In this document: positions 63,483-64,000 of the stretch, one piece after another | How positions within the stretch are numbered: position 1 is the first letter of the stretch | Layout of the letters: the number at the start of each line of letters is the position of its first letter | Assembly (NCBI GenBank): GCA_965232515.1 | Contig: CBDDPY010000002.1 | Coordinates: 3,904,001 to 3,968,000 of the forward strand | DNA: 64,000 nt | Source: Alphaproteobacteria bacterium | GTDB taxonomy: Bacteria > Pseudomonadota > Alphaproteobacteria > GCA-2731375 | Reading direction: 5' to 3' | Made by a program: the position numbers and the translations under genes | Notes under the pieces: generated by a model | What the model was told of the DNA's origin: nothing | The model's input: only the letters and a program-made list of their open reading frames with translations | The model's database searches: none

Positions 63483-64000
63483 CTAAGCGGCGCGCCGTCG
63501 CCGGTAGCCGAAGGCGACCAGCGCCGCCAGGCCAAAGCCGAACAGACCGAGGCTGCCGGGCTCCGGGATCACGTTCACGGTAAAGGTCGCCTGGTTCAGG
63601 AATGGAAAGCCGTTGCCGGTGCCGCCCGCCGACAACAGATCGGCCGTCAGCGCCAGGTCGATCAGACCGTCATCCAACGGCCCGCCGGGACCGCCCGTCG
63701 CGGCGGTCTGCAGGAACATCACGTCAAAGCTTTCCGAAATGATGCTCAGGTCGGCGCTGATCGTCGTCTGCGGCGTCCCCGGCACGCCGAGATCGCCCAG
63801 CGATAGGTCCGAGATGCCGACGCCCGTCCAGCGCTCGTCGGCATCGGTGCCGGGTAGCCCCGCCTCCAGCACCAGTTCGCCGTCGGTCGCCGTCGACAGT
63901 GTCGGAATGCCCAGCACGAAGTCCGGCGTCTCGTCCTCGAAGAACGCCAGCGTGGTGCCGGCGCTGAAGGTGCCGGCCGGCAGACCGAAAAGCGCCGCCA
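63483..64000 (-). CDS. PEP-CTERM sorting-domain protein, N-terminus beyond the window
   Basis: C-terminal IPEPGSLGLFGFGLAALVAFGYRRRRAA; frame open to the window edge. Confidence 0.88.
   Translation of the reverse strand, partial: AALFGLPAGTFSAGTTLAFFEDETPDFVLGIPTLSTATDGELVLEAGLPGTDADERWTGVGISDLSLGDLGVPGTPQTTISADLSIISESFDVMFLQTAATGGPGGPLDDGLIDLALTADLLSAGGTGNGFPFLNQATFTVNVIPEPGSLGLFGFGLAALVAFGYRRRRAA

Overview
High-GC alphaproteobacterial chromosome segment. Gene order and content suggest a Rhodospirillales-like organism (inference). About 1-55 kb is mostly the conserved alphaproteobacterial backbone. On + lie aroA-cmk-rpsA-sppA-ihfB-lapA-like-OCD-trpF-trpB-trpA-accD-folC. Converging on them on - is chvI-chvG-hprK-rapZ-EIIA-HPr-EI ... 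ahcY-divL-tsaE-amgK-murU-addB-addA-trxA, followed by pckA, mug, polA and tRNA-Arg(CCG). Several extra genes interrupt the backbone: an XRE-2TM regulator, an N-acetylhexosamine-1-kinase-like gene inverted between amgK and murU, a ferredoxin-NADP reductase, a peptide-type ABC transporter with an amidase, an adenylate cyclase with a MATE exporter, a secreted His-rich protein and a GH19 lysin-like gene. Three families of short palindromic REP-like elements occupy intergenic spaces. After the tRNA comes an accessory region: LysR with a duplicated promoter motif and a peroxiredoxin-like gene, a methyltransferase with a decayed paralog remnant, TetR/DUF1772, a GMC oxidoreductase with a CDP-alcohol phosphotransferase, and a PEP-CTERM protein. 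I saw no CRISPR array, rRNA, transposase or integrase. All family calls come from motif recognition by eye; no database searches were run. The best candidates for novel biology are the NahK-like kinase in the amgK-murU locus and the GMC/CDP-alcohol phosphotransferase pair.
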